Shown here piece by piece: positions 8,769 through 22,110 of a stretch of 64,000 nt of DNA (its first letter is position 1; each line of letters begins with the position of its first letter). The notes below the pieces were generated by a model. That model had not been told where the DNA came from. It saw only the letters and a list, made by a program, of their open reading frames with translations, and ran no database searches. A program made the position numbers and the translations under genes. Source of the stretch: Smithellaceae bacterium (GTDB taxonomy: Bacteria; Desulfobacterota; Syntrophia; Syntrophales; Smithellaceae); contig CAXXVL010000002.1 of NCBI GenBank assembly GCA_963667845.2, positions 864,001 through 928,000 on the forward strand, in the 5' to 3' direction.

Positions 8769-11276
8769 CTATTCTTCCGGTGTGCCGTTTTCTTCTGTCG
8801 TCACATCCGTCTCATCTTCACCACTTCCGTCGTCATCCGGGCCTTCGGCTTCCTGCGTGGTGCGGGCGACGCCAACGAGTTTTTCTTCCGGCTCCAGATC
8901 GATCAGTTTGACGCCCTGGGTGACGCGGTGATTGACCGGCACTTCCTGCACCTTCAACCTGATCACCTTGCCGGCATTGCTGATCAGCATGATGTTCTCT
9001 TCACCCTGCACCTGCAGGACGCCGGACACATTGCCGACCTTGGCAACCGTTTTCAGGTTGATGGTGCCTTTGCCGCCTCTGGACTGCACGCGGTATTCGT
9101 CAATCGGCGTGCATTTGCCGAAGCCGTTTTCCGAAACGGTCAGCATAAATGTGTTTTGAGCGGGAATATCCACGCCGATCACATCGTCGCCTTCATCCAG
9201 ATTAATGCCGCGCACGCCGCGCGCCGTCCGGCCCATGTCCCGGACTTCATCTTCCTTGAAACGAATCGCCATACCCAGCCTGGTCGCGAGGAAGATGTCC
9301 TGATCGCCGTTGGTCAACTGAACATCAACCAGTTCATCCGTCTCGTCGATGGAAATCGCGATAATGCCGCCTTGCCGCGGGTTGGAATAAGCGGTCAGAT
9401 CGGTCTTTTTGAGGATACCCTTTTTTGTGACCAGCACGACAAATTTATCCGATACAAATTCTTTCACAGGCAGCGTCGCCCGGACCTTTTCACCCGGCGC
9501 CAGATTGATCAGATTGACCATGGCCTTGCCCTTGGCGGCACGACCCGCCTGCGGAATCTGATAGACCTTCAACCAGTAAACCTTGCCTGCATCGGTGAAG
9601 ACCAGCAGGTAATGATGGGTGGACGCGATGAATATTTTTTCAACAAAGTCTTCTTCCTTGGTGCCCATGCCGACCTTGCCGCGCCCGCCGCGATGCTGGC
9701 TCTTGTAAAGGCTGACTGCGTTTCGTTTGATGTAGCCGGCATGCGATATCGTCACGACCACATCTTCTTCCACAATCATGTCTTCAATATTGATGTCCTC
9801 CGTGCTGGCAACAATTTCCGTCCTGCGCTCGTCGCCGTATTTATCCCGGATTTCCGTGAGTTCTTCGATGATGACCTGCAAAACTTTCTGCGGATCGGCC
9901 AGAATGCCGGCCAGTTTTGCGATGAGCGCCGTCACTTCCTTATACTCCGCATCAATCTTGTCTCGCTCCAGTCCGGTCAGACGTTGCAGTCTCATCTCCA
10001 GAATGGCCTTGGCCTGAATCTCGGACAAACTGAACTTAGCGCGTAACGCCACGGATGCGTCGTTGGGCGTTTTGGCCGCCTTGATGACTTTGATGATTTC
10101 GTCAATATTGTTTAAGGCAATAATGTAGCCTTCCAGGATATGCGCCCGCTCTTTGGCGCGTGCCAGTTCAAACCGCGTGCGGCGGACCACCACTTCCTGA
10201 CGGAAGGCAATGAATTTCTCGAGAACTTCCTTGAGGTTAAACACCTGCGGACGGCCTTCGGAGATCGCCAGCATGATAATGCCGAAAGAGACTTCCATTT
10301 GCGTGAATTTGTAAAGCTGGTTGAGAATGATCGCGGAATTCTCATCGCGCTTGAGGTCGATGACCACGCGGATGCCGTCACGATCTGATTCATCACGTAA
10401 ATCCGAGATGCCGGCAATTTTCTTGTCACGCACCAGTTCGGCAATTTTTTCAATCAAGGTGGCTTTGTTGACCTGATAGGGCAGTTCAGTAACAACAATG
10501 CTTTCCCGATCATTGCGGGCATTCTTTTCGATGAGCGCCCGCGCTCTCACGCGGATGATCCCGCGTCCTGTTTTATAGGCGGAAAGAATCCCCTCGCGGC
10601 CGTTGATAAAACCGGCGGTCGGAAAATCCGGCCCGTGAATGTGCTTCATCAACTCTTCGACAATCATTTTGGGATTGTTGATCAGTGCGATGGTGCCATT
10701 GATGATTTCCGTCAAATTATGCGGCGGGATATTGGTTGCCATACCGACGGCAATGCCTGATGTTCCGTTCAACAGTAAAAGCGGAAGTCGCGTCGCCAGA
10801 ATCGAAGGCTCCAGCAGAGATTCATCATAGTTGGGCACGAAATCGACCGTTTCTTTTTCCAGGTCGGCCATCACCTCATCGGAAATGCGCGCCAGGCGGC
10901 TTTCCGTGTAACGCATGGCAGCGGGCGGGTCGCCGTCGATAGAACCGAAGTTTCCCTGTCCGTCGATCAGCATGTAGCGCAACGAAAAATCCTGAGCCAT
11001 ACGCACCAGCGTGTCGTAAATGGCCGCATCACCGTGCGGATGATATTTACCCATAATATCACCGACGATGCGCGCGCATTTCTTGTAAGGTTTATTATGG
11101 CGGTAGCCCGTTTCATACATGGAATACAATATCCGGCGGTGCACCGGTTTAAGACCGTCACGCACATCGGGAAGCGCCCGACCGATAATAACGCTCATGG
11201 AATAATCCATGTAGGATTTCTTCATTTCATCTTCTATATTCACCATTGTTTGCTTGTGGTGGATATCACGTTCCAT
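8769..11276 (-). CDS. gyrA: DNA gyrase subunit A
   Basis: [28 protein letters not shown] catalytic Tyr, GyrA-box-like QHRGGRG; start at MERDIHH after a GAGGGG RBS. Confidence 0.97.
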   Translation of the reverse strand: MERDIHHKQTMVNIEDEMKKSYMDYSMSVIIGRALPDVRDGLKPVHRRILYSMYETGYRHNKPYKKCARIVGDIMGKYHPHGDAAIYDTLVRMAQDFSLRYMLIDGQGNFGSIDGDPPAAMRYTESRLARISDEVMADLEKETVDFVPNYDESLLEPSILATRLPLLLLNGTSGIAVGMATNIPPHNLTEIINGTIALINNPKMIVEELMKHIHGPDFPTAGFINGREGILSAYKTGRGIIRVRARALIEKNARNDRESIVVTELPYQVNKATLIEKIAELVRDKKIAGISDLRDESDRDGIRVVIDLKRDENSAIILNQLYKFTQMEVSFGIIMLAISEGRPQVFNLKEVLEKFIAFRQEVVVRRTRFELARAKERAHILEGYIIALNNIDEIIKVIKAAKTPNDASVALRAKFSLSEIQAKAILEMRLQRLTGLERDKIDAEYKEVTALIAKLAGILADPQKVLQVIIEELTEIRDKYGDERRTEIVASTEDINIEDMIVEEDVVVTISHAGYIKRNAVSLYKSQHRGGRGKVGMGTKEEDFVEKIFIASTHHYLLVFTDAGKVYWLKVYQIPQAGRAAKGKAMVNLINLAPGEKVRATLPVKEFVSDKFVVLVTKKGILKKTDLTAYSNPRQGGIIAISIDETDELVDVQLTNGDQDIFLATRLGMAIRFKEDEVRDMGRTARGVRGINLDEGDDVIGVDIPAQNTFMLTVSENGFGKCTPIDEYRVQSRGGKGTINLKTVAKVGNVSGVLQVQGEENIMLISNAGKVIRLKVQEVPVNHRVTQGVKLIDLEPEEKLVGVARTTQEAEGPDDDGSGEDETDVTTEENGTPEE

Positions 11277-11346
11277 TTTGTTCTTTCCCCTCTTCTTATA
11301 CAAGCCGGTCAGCGAGACCGGCGCAATAATTTTATTTCAGGTTTCG

Positions 11347-13761
<2,415 letters not shown>

Positions 13762-13807
13762 TTACTTACTCCTTTTAAAACTGTTCAAATTTTAAATTAA
13801 TATCTCT

Positions 13808-14920
13808 CTATATTTTTAAAGGCATGACAATACACAAATAATTGTCACCTTCCGCAGGTTTAATCAATGTCGGTTTCAGTCCAACGCCCACCTCCATGAT
13901 AATACTGTCCATAGAAATCACGGAGACCGCATCGATGACATAATTTACATTGAATCCTACATCCATGTCTTCACCTGCATAACTGATGTCGATTTCTTCC
14001 GTCGCTTCACCTACATCTAAATTTGTAGAATTGAGCGTCATTTTTCCTGATGTAAACGAAATAATCACGCCGCTGTACCGTTCTGAAGAAACAACATTCA
14101 TTCTTTTTAAAGCATGCAGGAAAGATTCTTTATCCAGGGTTACGCCCACGCCCTTTTCTGCGGGAATAACTCTTTTATAATCAGGATATTCTGCATCAAC
14201 CAGGTTGACTTTTAAAATCGTGTTTTCCGTTTTCACGACAAACATATTTTTGTGGATACCAACACTCACATTTTCATGAACATCCGTTAGTTTTTTTACT
14301 TCCATTAAGCCCTTACGGGGAATGATAATCCCCTTGGCCATATCGGGGCAGGGTTCTGCCGTAGTAACTTTAGCAACTGCCAGTCTGTGTCCGTCTGTCG
14401 CCACCATTCGCCAGATGTGATTGGTTCCATCCGATGTTGTTTCCAATAAAACGCCATTAAGATTCTTTCTACTTTCATCAAAAGCCATCGCAAAAGATGT
14501 TTTATTTATTAAATCCTTAATAGCCGAACCGGGAATATTGAAGAACTCAACGTTCTGACTATCGGCAACACTGGGAAAATCATCTGCCGGAAGCCCTGGT
14601 ATTTTATAGACAGCCCTCTGGCAGGTCACTTTGACTATATTATTGGCGCTTTTGGTAAAATGAATAATTTCACCTTGAATTTCTCTAACCATCTCATAGA
14701 GTTTTTTTGCAGACAATGTGATTTCACCTTTTTCCGCTATATCCGCATCATAGTCGGAAATGAGGCTGATCTCCCGATCAGTTGCAATAATTTTCAGTTT
14801 ATTGTGTTCCGTTTTTAAAAGCACATTATTCAAAATGGGTGTTGTTGTCTTTTTCTCGACAATGCCTAAGGTTTTTTGAATACCATCCAAAAAGGTATTT
14901 CTATTGATTTTAAATTCCAT
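13808..14920 (-). CDS. dnaN: DNA polymerase III beta clamp
   Basis: ATDGHRL, YPDYKRVIP, C-terminal VMPLKI; follows dnaA. Confidence 0.97.
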   Translation of the reverse strand: MEFKINRNTFLDGIQKTLGIVEKKTTTPILNNVLLKTEHNKLKIIATDREISLISDYDADIAEKGEITLSAKKLYEMVREIQGEIIHFTKSANNIVKVTCQRAVYKIPGLPADDFPSVADSQNVEFFNIPGSAIKDLINKTSFAMAFDESRKNLNGVLLETTSDGTNHIWRMVATDGHRLAVAKVTTAEPCPDMAKGIIIPRKGLMEVKKLTDVHENVSVGIHKNMFVVKTENTILKVNLVDAEYPDYKRVIPAEKGVGVTLDKESFLHALKRMNVVSSERYSGVIISFTSGKMTLNSTNLDVGEATEEIDISYAGEDMDVGFNVNYVIDAVSVISMDSIIMEVGVGLKPTLIKPAEGDNYLCIVMPLKI

Positions 14921-14934
14921 CCTCGCCTCCCATC

Positions 14935-15096
14935 GTATTTAATTCTTTTTATTTTTTTCTTTAATATATAAAACTAGTATTAGTAATAAGCCCTGTTGAT
15001 ATGTTGATTACCCTAATTTTTGTTACAATCTCTTATATCTCTTCCGATAAACCCTGTTGAGAAAAAGAGTAAACACCTGCTATGTTTTGTTGATAA
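14935..15096 (-). other. oriC: Replication origin oriC (unwinding module)
   Basis: Overlapping DnaA-like boxes at 14994-15002 and 15002-15010, GC patch at 14990-14993, trios TAG TAT TAG TAA TAA at 14975-14989, AT-rich tract, further boxes at 15055-15063 and 15088-15096. Confidence 0.85.
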
Positions 15097-16435
15097 CACT
15101 ATCTTCAATATCTTGAACCATTTTTTTAAAATTTGAATCGGCGTCTATGGCATTCAAAATTTTATTATTGGCATAAATAACAGTTGAATGATCTCGGCCG
15201 CCAATTTTTTGACCGATATCAGGATAAGAAAAATTGGTTAATTTCCGCGAAAGGTACATGGATATTTGTCTGGCTAAAACAAGGTTCTTATTTTTATTAT
15301 GGGCTTTAATATCGGCGATTTTCACATTCAATTTACCGGCGACCACTTTAATTATTTCTTCCACACTTACTTCTTCTTTGTTGTTGTGTTTAACCAGTTT
15401 TTTAAGCACTTCCTTAACGAGGTCCAAATCTATTTCACGATTGGTAAGAGAGGAATAAGCAGAAATACGGACCAAGAAACCTTCCAATTCTCTAATATTG
15501 GACTCTACATGCGAGGCGATATACTGAGCAACGGCGGGAGATAGTTCTATTTTACTTTCCTGCATTTTTTTTGAAATAATGGCTATTTTGGTTTCCATTT
15601 CTGGCGGTTGAATATCAGCGATCAATCCCCACTCAAAACGGGAGCGCAATCTTCCTTCCAAGTTTGGGATATCTTTTGGAAATTTATCAGAAGTCACGAC
15701 AATCTGTTTGCCTGAATCATGAAGGGTATTAAATGTATGAAAAAATTCTTCCTGCGTCCTGTCTTTGCCTGCCAGAAATTGAATATCGTCAATTAGTAAC
15801 GATCCGATATTTCGATATTTCTCTCTAAATTTGGGCATGCGGTCGTAGCGGATGGAATTGATCATTTCATTCATAAAAGCTTCTGCGGATACATACATGA
15901 CGTTTAAATCAGGATGAGAGGCAATGGTCATAAGTCCTATCGCATTGAGAAGATGGGTTTTCCCCAGACCCGAACCCCCATAAATGAAAAGAGGATTATA
16001 ATTTTTTGCCGGCTGCTTGGCGACGGCAATCGACGCGGCGTGAGCAAACTGATTTGACGGCCCGACAACAAAGCGGTCAAAGGTATAATTGCTGTTAAGG
16101 TAGGATATATTCTTATTTTTTGCGACGGCGACAGCACCAGGTTGGGTCTTACCCTGATCAAACGGCAGAGCAACGACCTCCGGTTTCTTTTCCTTATCTT
16201 TACTCAACATAAAGTCAATATCGACATTAATGCCGATAACGCTATGCAGGGTATTTTTTATCATCGTTAGGTAATTGTCCATCAGCCAGTCCTTAAAAAA
16301 TCTATTCGGCACGGCCAGTTGGACACATTTATCTTCCATTGCCACAATCTTAATCGGTTTTATCCAGGTATCGAAATTCTGCTTCGATACTTTTTCCTGT
16401 ATAATTTTAGTAGCTTTATCCCAAACAGATTCCAT
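15080..16435 (-). CDS. dnaA: Chromosomal replication initiator DnaA
   Basis: YNPLFIYGGSGLGKTHL, LLIDDIQF, RLRSRFEWGL, GGRDHSTV. Confidence 0.98.
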   Translation of the reverse strand: MESVWDKATKIIQEKVSKQNFDTWIKPIKIVAMEDKCVQLAVPNRFFKDWLMDNYLTMIKNTLHSVIGINVDIDFMLSKDKEKKPEVVALPFDQGKTQPGAVAVAKNKNISYLNSNYTFDRFVVGPSNQFAHAASIAVAKQPAKNYNPLFIYGGSGLGKTHLLNAIGLMTIASHPDLNVMYVSAEAFMNEMINSIRYDRMPKFREKYRNIGSLLIDDIQFLAGKDRTQEEFFHTFNTLHDSGKQIVVTSDKFPKDIPNLEGRLRSRFEWGLIADIQPPEMETKIAIISKKMQESKIELSPAVAQYIASHVESNIRELEGFLVRISAYSSLTNREIDLDLVKEVLKKLVKHNNKEEVSVEEIIKVVAGKLNVKIADIKAHNKNKNLVLARQISMYLSRKLTNFSYPDIGQKIGGRDHSTVIYANNKILNAIDADSNFKKMVQDIEDSVINKT

Positions 16436-16446
16436 TTATAACCTTT

Positions 16447-16478
16447 TTATAAACAATATTATCAACAGGTGTTGATAA
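16447..16478. promoter_or_regulatory. DnaA-box cluster upstream of dnaA
   Basis: TTATAAACA 16447-16455, TTATCAACA 16459-16467, TGTTGATAA 16470-16478. Confidence 0.75.
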
Positions 16479-16487
16479 GTTTACGCT

Positions 16488-17345
16488 TTATAATTCATCG
16501 AGGAGATAGCGAGCGAGACGGTTTAATTCATCCATAGAAGTGTAGGCGATTTCAATAGCGCCTTTATTGGCGGTACCTTTCAGTTGTACCCGGGCCAGAC
16601 ATTTCGTCGTCAATGACTTTTCTAAATCGGCCATAAAACGGTCTTTAACGAGAGCTCTTTTCTCAGCAGGTTGCTGTTTTAACTTAGTAATTAATTTTTC
16701 CGTTTCCCGGACATTCAGTCCCCGTTTTAAAATGACATCAAGGGCCGCAATTTGTTCTTCCGGTGAGGTAAGTGCCAGAAGACTGCGAGCGTGGCCGGAA
16801 GTAATCTTTTTTTCCGTCAAAGCGGTTTTCACTTTTGCCGGCAATTTTAAAAGCCTGACAGTATTGGCAATTGTCGACCGATCTTTTCCGACCTGCGCGG
16901 ATATCGACTCCTGAGAGAGGTTGAACTTGTCCATTAATGTTACATAAGCGTCCGCTTCTTCCAAGGGACTGAGTTCTTCGCGCAGCAGATTTTCAATCAG
17001 AGACAATTCAGCGGCTTCCAAATCGGAAGCCTTTCGAATAACAATCGGTACATCTTTAAGACCGGCAGTCTGCGCCGCGCGCCAGCGTCTTTCCCCGGCG
17101 ATAATTTCGTAGCCGGATTCGGCCTTTCGGACAATAATCGGTTGAATGATCCCGCTTTGCTTGATCGATGCAATCAGTCTTTTCTGGTCTTCGTCATTGA
17201 AAGTTTTTCTCGGTTGATAGGGGTTAGGGCGTAACTCCTCAATACCACAAGCGTTAACAGATGTTTTCCTGTCAGCGTCGTTATCGAGCAAATCTGAAAA
17301 AATTGCGCCGAGCCCTTTGCCCAGGGCATCTTTTTTTTGCGCCAT
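16488..17345 (-). CDS. parB: Chromosome partitioning protein ParB/Spo0J
   Basis: NPYQPRK, IAGERRWRA, ENLLREEL, HTH region. Confidence 0.96.
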   Translation of the reverse strand: MAQKKDALGKGLGAIFSDLLDNDADRKTSVNACGIEELRPNPYQPRKTFNDEDQKRLIASIKQSGIIQPIIVRKAESGYEIIAGERRWRAAQTAGLKDVPIVIRKASDLEAAELSLIENLLREELSPLEEADAYVTLMDKFNLSQESISAQVGKDRSTIANTVRLLKLPAKVKTALTEKKITSGHARSLLALTSPEEQIAALDVILKRGLNVRETEKLITKLKQQPAEKRALVKDRFMADLEKSLTTKCLARVQLKGTANKGAIEIAYTSMDELNRLARYLLDEL

Positions 17346-18113
17346 TTACATTTCCCCCTGAAGAATTTCCTGCGCCAAATCCATGTAGGCTACAGCTCCA
17401 CGCGATTTTATATCATATAAAATGATGGGCAAGCCGTGACTGGGGCTTTCCGAAAGCCGAACATTGCGTGGAATAATCGTTTTAAAAACTTTATTGCCCA
17501 GATGCTTGCGCACGTCTTCCGTGACGCGATGGGCCAGAGAGTTACGCGCATCGAACATCGTCAGCAATATTCCACCCAAAGCCAGTTGCGGATTCAAGTT
17601 AGCTTTTACTAATTTCACAGTGTTGAGTAAATACCCTAATCCTTCCATGGCGTAATATTCACACTGTAAGGGAACAATCAAAGAATCTGCCGCGACGAGA
17701 GCATTGACCGTCATGAAACCGAGCGACGGCGGGCAGTCAATTACAATAAAATCATAAACCCTGTCCAGCGATTTTAACATCCGCCGAAGACGCACCTCGC
17801 GGTCATCCAAGTGAACGAATTCCACTTCCAGGCCAATAAGGTCCTGATTGGATGGAATCATATCCAAATTGGGGAGTGCTGTCTCGATAATGACTGAATC
17901 CAGCTTCACCTTATCGATCATGGCATGGTAAAAATTCGCTTTATCATAACGCATTCGATCGATACCCAAGCCACTTGTCGAATTGCCCTGTGAGTCGGCA
18001 TCGATGAGCAGGATTTTCTTATTTGCCGCGGCCAGAGAGGCGGATAAATTAATAGCCGTCGTCGTTTTGCCGACGCCGCCTTTTTGATTTGCGATGCATA
18101 TGATTTTATTCAT
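17346..18113 (-). CDS. parA: Chromosome partitioning ATPase ParA/Soj
   Basis: NQKGGVGKTTT, DCPPSLG, PRNVRLSESPSHG. Confidence 0.96.
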   Translation of the reverse strand: MNKIICIANQKGGVGKTTTAINLSASLAAANKKILLIDADSQGNSTSGLGIDRMRYDKANFYHAMIDKVKLDSVIIETALPNLDMIPSNQDLIGLEVEFVHLDDREVRLRRMLKSLDRVYDFIVIDCPPSLGFMTVNALVAADSLIVPLQCEYYAMEGLGYLLNTVKLVKANLNPQLALGGILLTMFDARNSLAHRVTEDVRKHLGNKVFKTIIPRNVRLSESPSHGLPIILYDIKSRGAVAYMDLAQEILQGEM

Positions 18114-18203
18114 TATTTATGTGTAAGTCTTTCGCAAAATTTCATTGGAAAAACCTTTACGTGGAGTAACACAAAAAAAGGTTTTTTAGAAGGCTTTTTT
18201 GCT

Positions 18204-18866
18204 TTATTTTGCCTTTTCGGCAATAATAATTTTTCGTGGAGGACCGAGCAGTGGAATATTTATATCATGCTGAATTATTTTAATAATTTTTGATTCATTT
18301 TGGACAGCGAAGGACTCGTTCAGTTCCTGATTAATGTCTTGACTCTTGAGAGTTATCAACAGCCCCCCCGGCACAAGAAAATAGTTGCCCAAAGGAAGCA
18401 AATCAGGCAATTTCAGGGAGGCTCTGGCAATGGCGATGTCGAATTTTTCACGCCAGGTATCCGTCCGGATGAGGTTTTCCGTCCGATCGTGCAAAGTAAA
18501 AGCATCGGCCAAATTCAAAAGGCGGAGAATGTGTTTGAGGAAAGAAATTTTTTTACGATTTGTTTCCAATAGATAGAGCTTTAAAGACGGAAGGGCGATT
18601 TTTAATGGGATACCGGGAAATCCCGCACCGCAGCCGATATCGACGAGCCGCGAATTTTGATTCAAAATGTAACGGGCTGCAGTCAGTGAATCCAGGAAGT
18701 GGCGTGCCGTAATATCACCGACCGTCTTTCCCGAGATGAGGTTTGTTTTGGCATTCCAATGTATTAACTCATTTTGATAAAGCTCAAACTGAGCGAGTTG
18801 TTTTTCTTCAAGCCTGAGGCCTAAAAGACTTGCGCCTTCCTGCAAGAGATGCATATCTGGATTCAT
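18204..18866 (-). CDS. rsmG: 16S rRNA m7G527 methyltransferase
   Basis: HFLDSL, DIGCGAGFPGIPL; upstream of parA. Confidence 0.93.
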   Translation of the reverse strand: MNPDMHLLQEGASLLGLRLEEKQLAQFELYQNELIHWNAKTNLISGKTVGDITARHFLDSLTAARYILNQNSRLVDIGCGAGFPGIPLKIALPSLKLYLLETNRKKISFLKHILRLLNLADAFTLHDRTENLIRTDTWREKFDIAIARASLKLPDLLPLGNYFLVPGGLLITLKSQDINQELNESFAVQNESKIIKIIQHDINIPLLGPPRKIIIAEKAK

Positions 18867-18908
18867 AGATTAGCAATAACAAAAAATGGAATCAGTCGCA
18901 AATACTAA

Positions 18909-19586
18909 ATGAAAGTTAGGCAATACGATATACGAATGACATCGGACATCCCGGAATTGCAGGGAATGTGGGAAGGCCCTGTTTGGCGGAATGTTTCGCC
19001 CTTATTCGTTGACTGTTTCCGGCCCGAGGGCAGTGGCCACAGGCCTCTGACGCAATGCAAGCTGCTCTTTGACGATCATAATATTTTTGGAATCTTTCGC
19101 GTCGCGGATCGATTTGTCCGTTGTGTGCAAACCGGTTTTCAAACCGATGTCTGGAAAGATTCTTGTGTGGAAGCGTTTATTCAACCGAAAGATTGTCCCG
19201 GGTATTTTAATTTTGAGTTTAATTGTGAGGGTGCCCTTCTGGCATCCTATGTGACAGACCCCATACGCAAGGATGGCCGCCTTAAAAGATACACACCGCT
19301 GTCAACCGATGAAGGTCAGCAGATTAGACGATTTGCCAGCCTTGCCGCAAGAGTGGAACCGGAAATTGAAACGCCTCTAGTCTGGTATCTGGAATTCGCT
19401 GTTCCTCTGGCGGTTCTGGAAAAATATGCAGGTCCTGTTGGTCAAATCAAAGGCCAGGTCTGGCGAGCCAATTTTTATAAATGCGGGAATGAGACGTCTC
19501 ATCCCCATTGGGCCTCCTGGGCGCCGCTTGCGGCCCGCAATTTTCATGATCCGGCAAGTTTCGGTCAAATCGAGTTTTGCGCCTAA
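18909..19586 (+). CDS. Carbohydrate-binding family 9-like protein
   Basis: VWKDSCVEAF, YFNFEFN, WRANFYKCG, FHDPASFG. Confidence 0.75.
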   Translation: MKVRQYDIRMTSDIPELQGMWEGPVWRNVSPLFVDCFRPEGSGHRPLTQCKLLFDDHNIFGIFRVADRFVRCVQTGFQTDVWKDSCVEAFIQPKDCPGYFNFEFNCEGALLASYVTDPIRKDGRLKRYTPLSTDEGQQIRRFASLAARVEPEIETPLVWYLEFAVPLAVLEKYAGPVGQIKGQVWRANFYKCGNETSHPHWASWAPLAARNFHDPASFGQIEFCA

Positions 19587-20005
19587 AAACAAATCTGCTT
19601 CTGCTCAGCGGCAGGGACTCAAGTATTTCCGAAAACATTACAAATATATATGTAAAATGAGCAGGTATCCATGAATAACATTACACGAATAGCATCAACG
19701 CTCGCGCTATAAGCCAGTCACAAACGCAGGATCAGAGCACCACGAACCTTCTGAAAATGAACGCCCAGGCTGAAGCAGCTATTGCGGACATCCTCTTGCA
19801 GGACGCCCGCCAGGTCCAGGCGACGTCTCATTCGGGAAGCGGCGGCGTTATCGATCTTTTTGCCTGTGGAACTTTCATCGTTTACAAGGGATATATTGAA
19901 CTCCAATACATTTAGCTTTTGCAGTTTCCCTCTTAGTAAATTCTTCGTGCATTTCTGAACGGGCAGTTTTATAGAGCTGATCATCCTTCTTATGGAGACG
20001 GCCCG

Positions 20006-20749
20006 ATGTCGCTTAAAGCCAAAACAAAGAATATCAGTATTGTTTTATATAAACCCAAATATGCCGGGAATGTCGGTTCAGTGGCCCGCGCTGCCAAAAA
20101 CATGGGAATCGACAAGATCCTAATCGTGGGGACGAAGGATCTGGATCGCGAGGCGATGGAGCAACGTTCCACGCACCTGGCGACCGATGTTCTGGATGGG
20201 ATTGTTCATGCCGACTCTATTGAAGAGGCCCTGGGCGAGTTCCATTACATCGTGGGAACCACTGCCCGTCTCGGGAAAGCCCGCGGACCTTTTGTGTCTC
20301 CGCGCGCGGCAGCGAAAAAGGTTGCCGATCTATCACAGAAAAACAAAATCGCGCTTCTCTTCGGTCCGGAAGACACAGGCCTCGCCAACGATCAGTTGCG
20401 CCTTTGTCACAGTGTGGTCACTATTCCAACATCACGCGAATTCAGCTCGCTAAACCTTTCGCAGGCGGTGATGATCCTTAGTTATGAAATCTTTATCGCG
20501 TCTTCTGCATCGAATACTGCGGCGGAGACAGCACCCAAACTGGCTCTATCGTCCGAAATGGAAGGCATGTATCAGCAAATAAAAGACCTGCTCAACAAAA
20601 TCGGTTTTTTGAATCCGGAAAACCCGGAATACTGGATGCTAGATCTGCGCCGCTTCTTTTCACGCGCCGGTCTTTTATCGCGGGAAGTGAAAATCATCCG
20701 CGGTATCTGCCGCCAGATAGAGTGGCATGCGCACCACAAAAATACTTGA
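20006..20749 (+). CDS. trmJ: SPOUT tRNA methyltransferase, TrmJ/LasT family
   Basis: GNVGSVARAAKNMG, LFGPEDTGL, SLNLSQAV. Confidence 0.85.
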   Translation: MSLKAKTKNISIVLYKPKYAGNVGSVARAAKNMGIDKILIVGTKDLDREAMEQRSTHLATDVLDGIVHADSIEEALGEFHYIVGTTARLGKARGPFVSPRAAAKKVADLSQKNKIALLFGPEDTGLANDQLRLCHSVVTIPTSREFSSLNLSQAVMILSYEIFIASSASNTAAETAPKLALSSEMEGMYQQIKDLLNKIGFLNPENPEYWMLDLRRFFSRAGLLSREVKIIRGICRQIEWHAHHKNT

Positions 20750-20836
20750 CTTTAGAACTGATTTGGCGTGAAAGAAAAACCTTGAAATTTACAGTGTAAC
20801 CAAATCTTAAACCCCAAACGATGGAGGTCGTTTATC

Positions 20837-21994
20837 ATGAGAAAAATATTTTCGTTTACCGGCGCCAAAAAGATTGTTTTCGGCAACGGATCGCTTTTGA
20901 CCCTTGCCGGTCACATTAAAGAGCACCACTCACAAAATCCGCTGATCGTCATCGATAAAAATATCGCCAAAACAGGATTGCAGGAAAAAATCGCCAGCAT
21001 TCTGGTTTCCGAAGGTATTAAATTTACCGTCTTTGATAAGATTGAACCGGAACCCCCCATTGAACTGGCGGACGAAGGCGCGGCCATAGCCATTAAAGAT
21101 AAATGCGACAGCGTGATCGGCGTCGGCGGCGGTTCGGCAATGGACGTGGCCAAGGCTATTGCGGTGATAGCAACCAATAAAGGTGCTGCCGCGGATTACT
21201 TGGGATTGAATAAAGTCCCGAAGGCCGGCCTACCTAAAATCATGATTCCCACCACCGCCGGCACCGGCAGTGAAGTTACCTTTACCGCCGTATTCGTCCG
21301 CAAGAATCTTAAAAAGAAAGAAGGCATGAACAGCCCGTATCTCTATCCCGAACTGGCGCTTCTGGACCCGGAACTAACGCTGTCTCTTCCTCCGGCGCCG
21401 ACGGCTTATACCGGCCTTGATGCCCTGTGCCATGCAATTGAATCGTATACCTCCATCAACTCTTCGCCGATGAGTGAAATGTTTTCGCTGGAGGCCATTT
21501 CCCTGATTGCCGAAAATCTGCGCACCTGCGTCCACGACGGCAAAAATATCGCCGCACGTGAAAGAATGCTGCTGGGCAGTCTGTACGCGGGCATCGGCCT
21601 TGCCAATGCAGGCGTGACGGCTGTACACTCCCTGTCCTATCCGCTGGGCGGCAAATTCGGTGTTTGCCATGGTCTGGCCAATACGATCCTGCTGGCGTCG
21701 GTGATGGCCTTTAATCTTCCCGGCGCGCTGGAGAAATTTGCCGACGTCGCCGATGCGATGGGCGAATGTACGGACGGATTGCCGGTGCGCGAAGCAGCTT
21801 ATCTTGCGGTGGAAGCGGTCGAAGCCTTGATTGAAGATTGCGGCATTGAATCATCGATTCGCGATTTTGGCGTCAAAGAAGACGATTTCCCGGCGCTCGC
21901 GGATGTTGCCACGACGGTGGCCCGGCCGCTCGAGAACAATCCCCGCAAAATGACCAAAGAAGATATGATCGCGATTTACGCGGAAGCTTTTTAA
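20837..21994 (+). CDS. Iron-containing alcohol dehydrogenase, candidate KdnB-like
   Basis: GGGSAMDVAK, PTTAGTGSE, DALCHAIES, metal-binding His residues; directly upstream of the kdnA-like gene. Confidence 0.85.
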   Translation: MRKIFSFTGAKKIVFGNGSLLTLAGHIKEHHSQNPLIVIDKNIAKTGLQEKIASILVSEGIKFTVFDKIEPEPPIELADEGAAIAIKDKCDSVIGVGGGSAMDVAKAIAVIATNKGAAADYLGLNKVPKAGLPKIMIPTTAGTGSEVTFTAVFVRKNLKKKEGMNSPYLYPELALLDPELTLSLPPAPTAYTGLDALCHAIESYTSINSSPMSEMFSLEAISLIAENLRTCVHDGKNIAARERMLLGSLYAGIGLANAGVTAVHSLSYPLGGKFGVCHGLANTILLASVMAFNLPGALEKFADVADAMGECTDGLPVREAAYLAVEAVEALIEDCGIESSIRDFGVKEDDFPALADVATTVARPLENNPRKMTKEDMIAIYAEAF

Positions 21995-22090
21995 TCCCGC
22001 TCACGCGGGACGAGAGTTGATTCCCGGTCGCTTGTTGCGAAATAATGAAGTTCATTTCATCCTCGACAGCTTGCTGCGAGGTGGTTGATT
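21994..22090 (+). repeat. REP-like repeat, copy 1
   Basis: ATCCCGCTCACGCGGGACGAG...AGCTTGCTGCGAGGTGGTTGATT, shared with 23399-23456. Confidence 0.75.
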
Positions 22091-22110
22091 AAGAAAGGAA
22101 GGAGAAGGAC

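Noticed and set aside
8757..10046. 429-aa plus-strand ORF
   Set aside because: Antisense shadow of gyrA with no recognisable motifs.
19718..19984. 88-aa minus-strand ORF in an intergenic gap
   Set aside because: No recognisable motif and poor RBS spacing; it could be real but cannot be supported.
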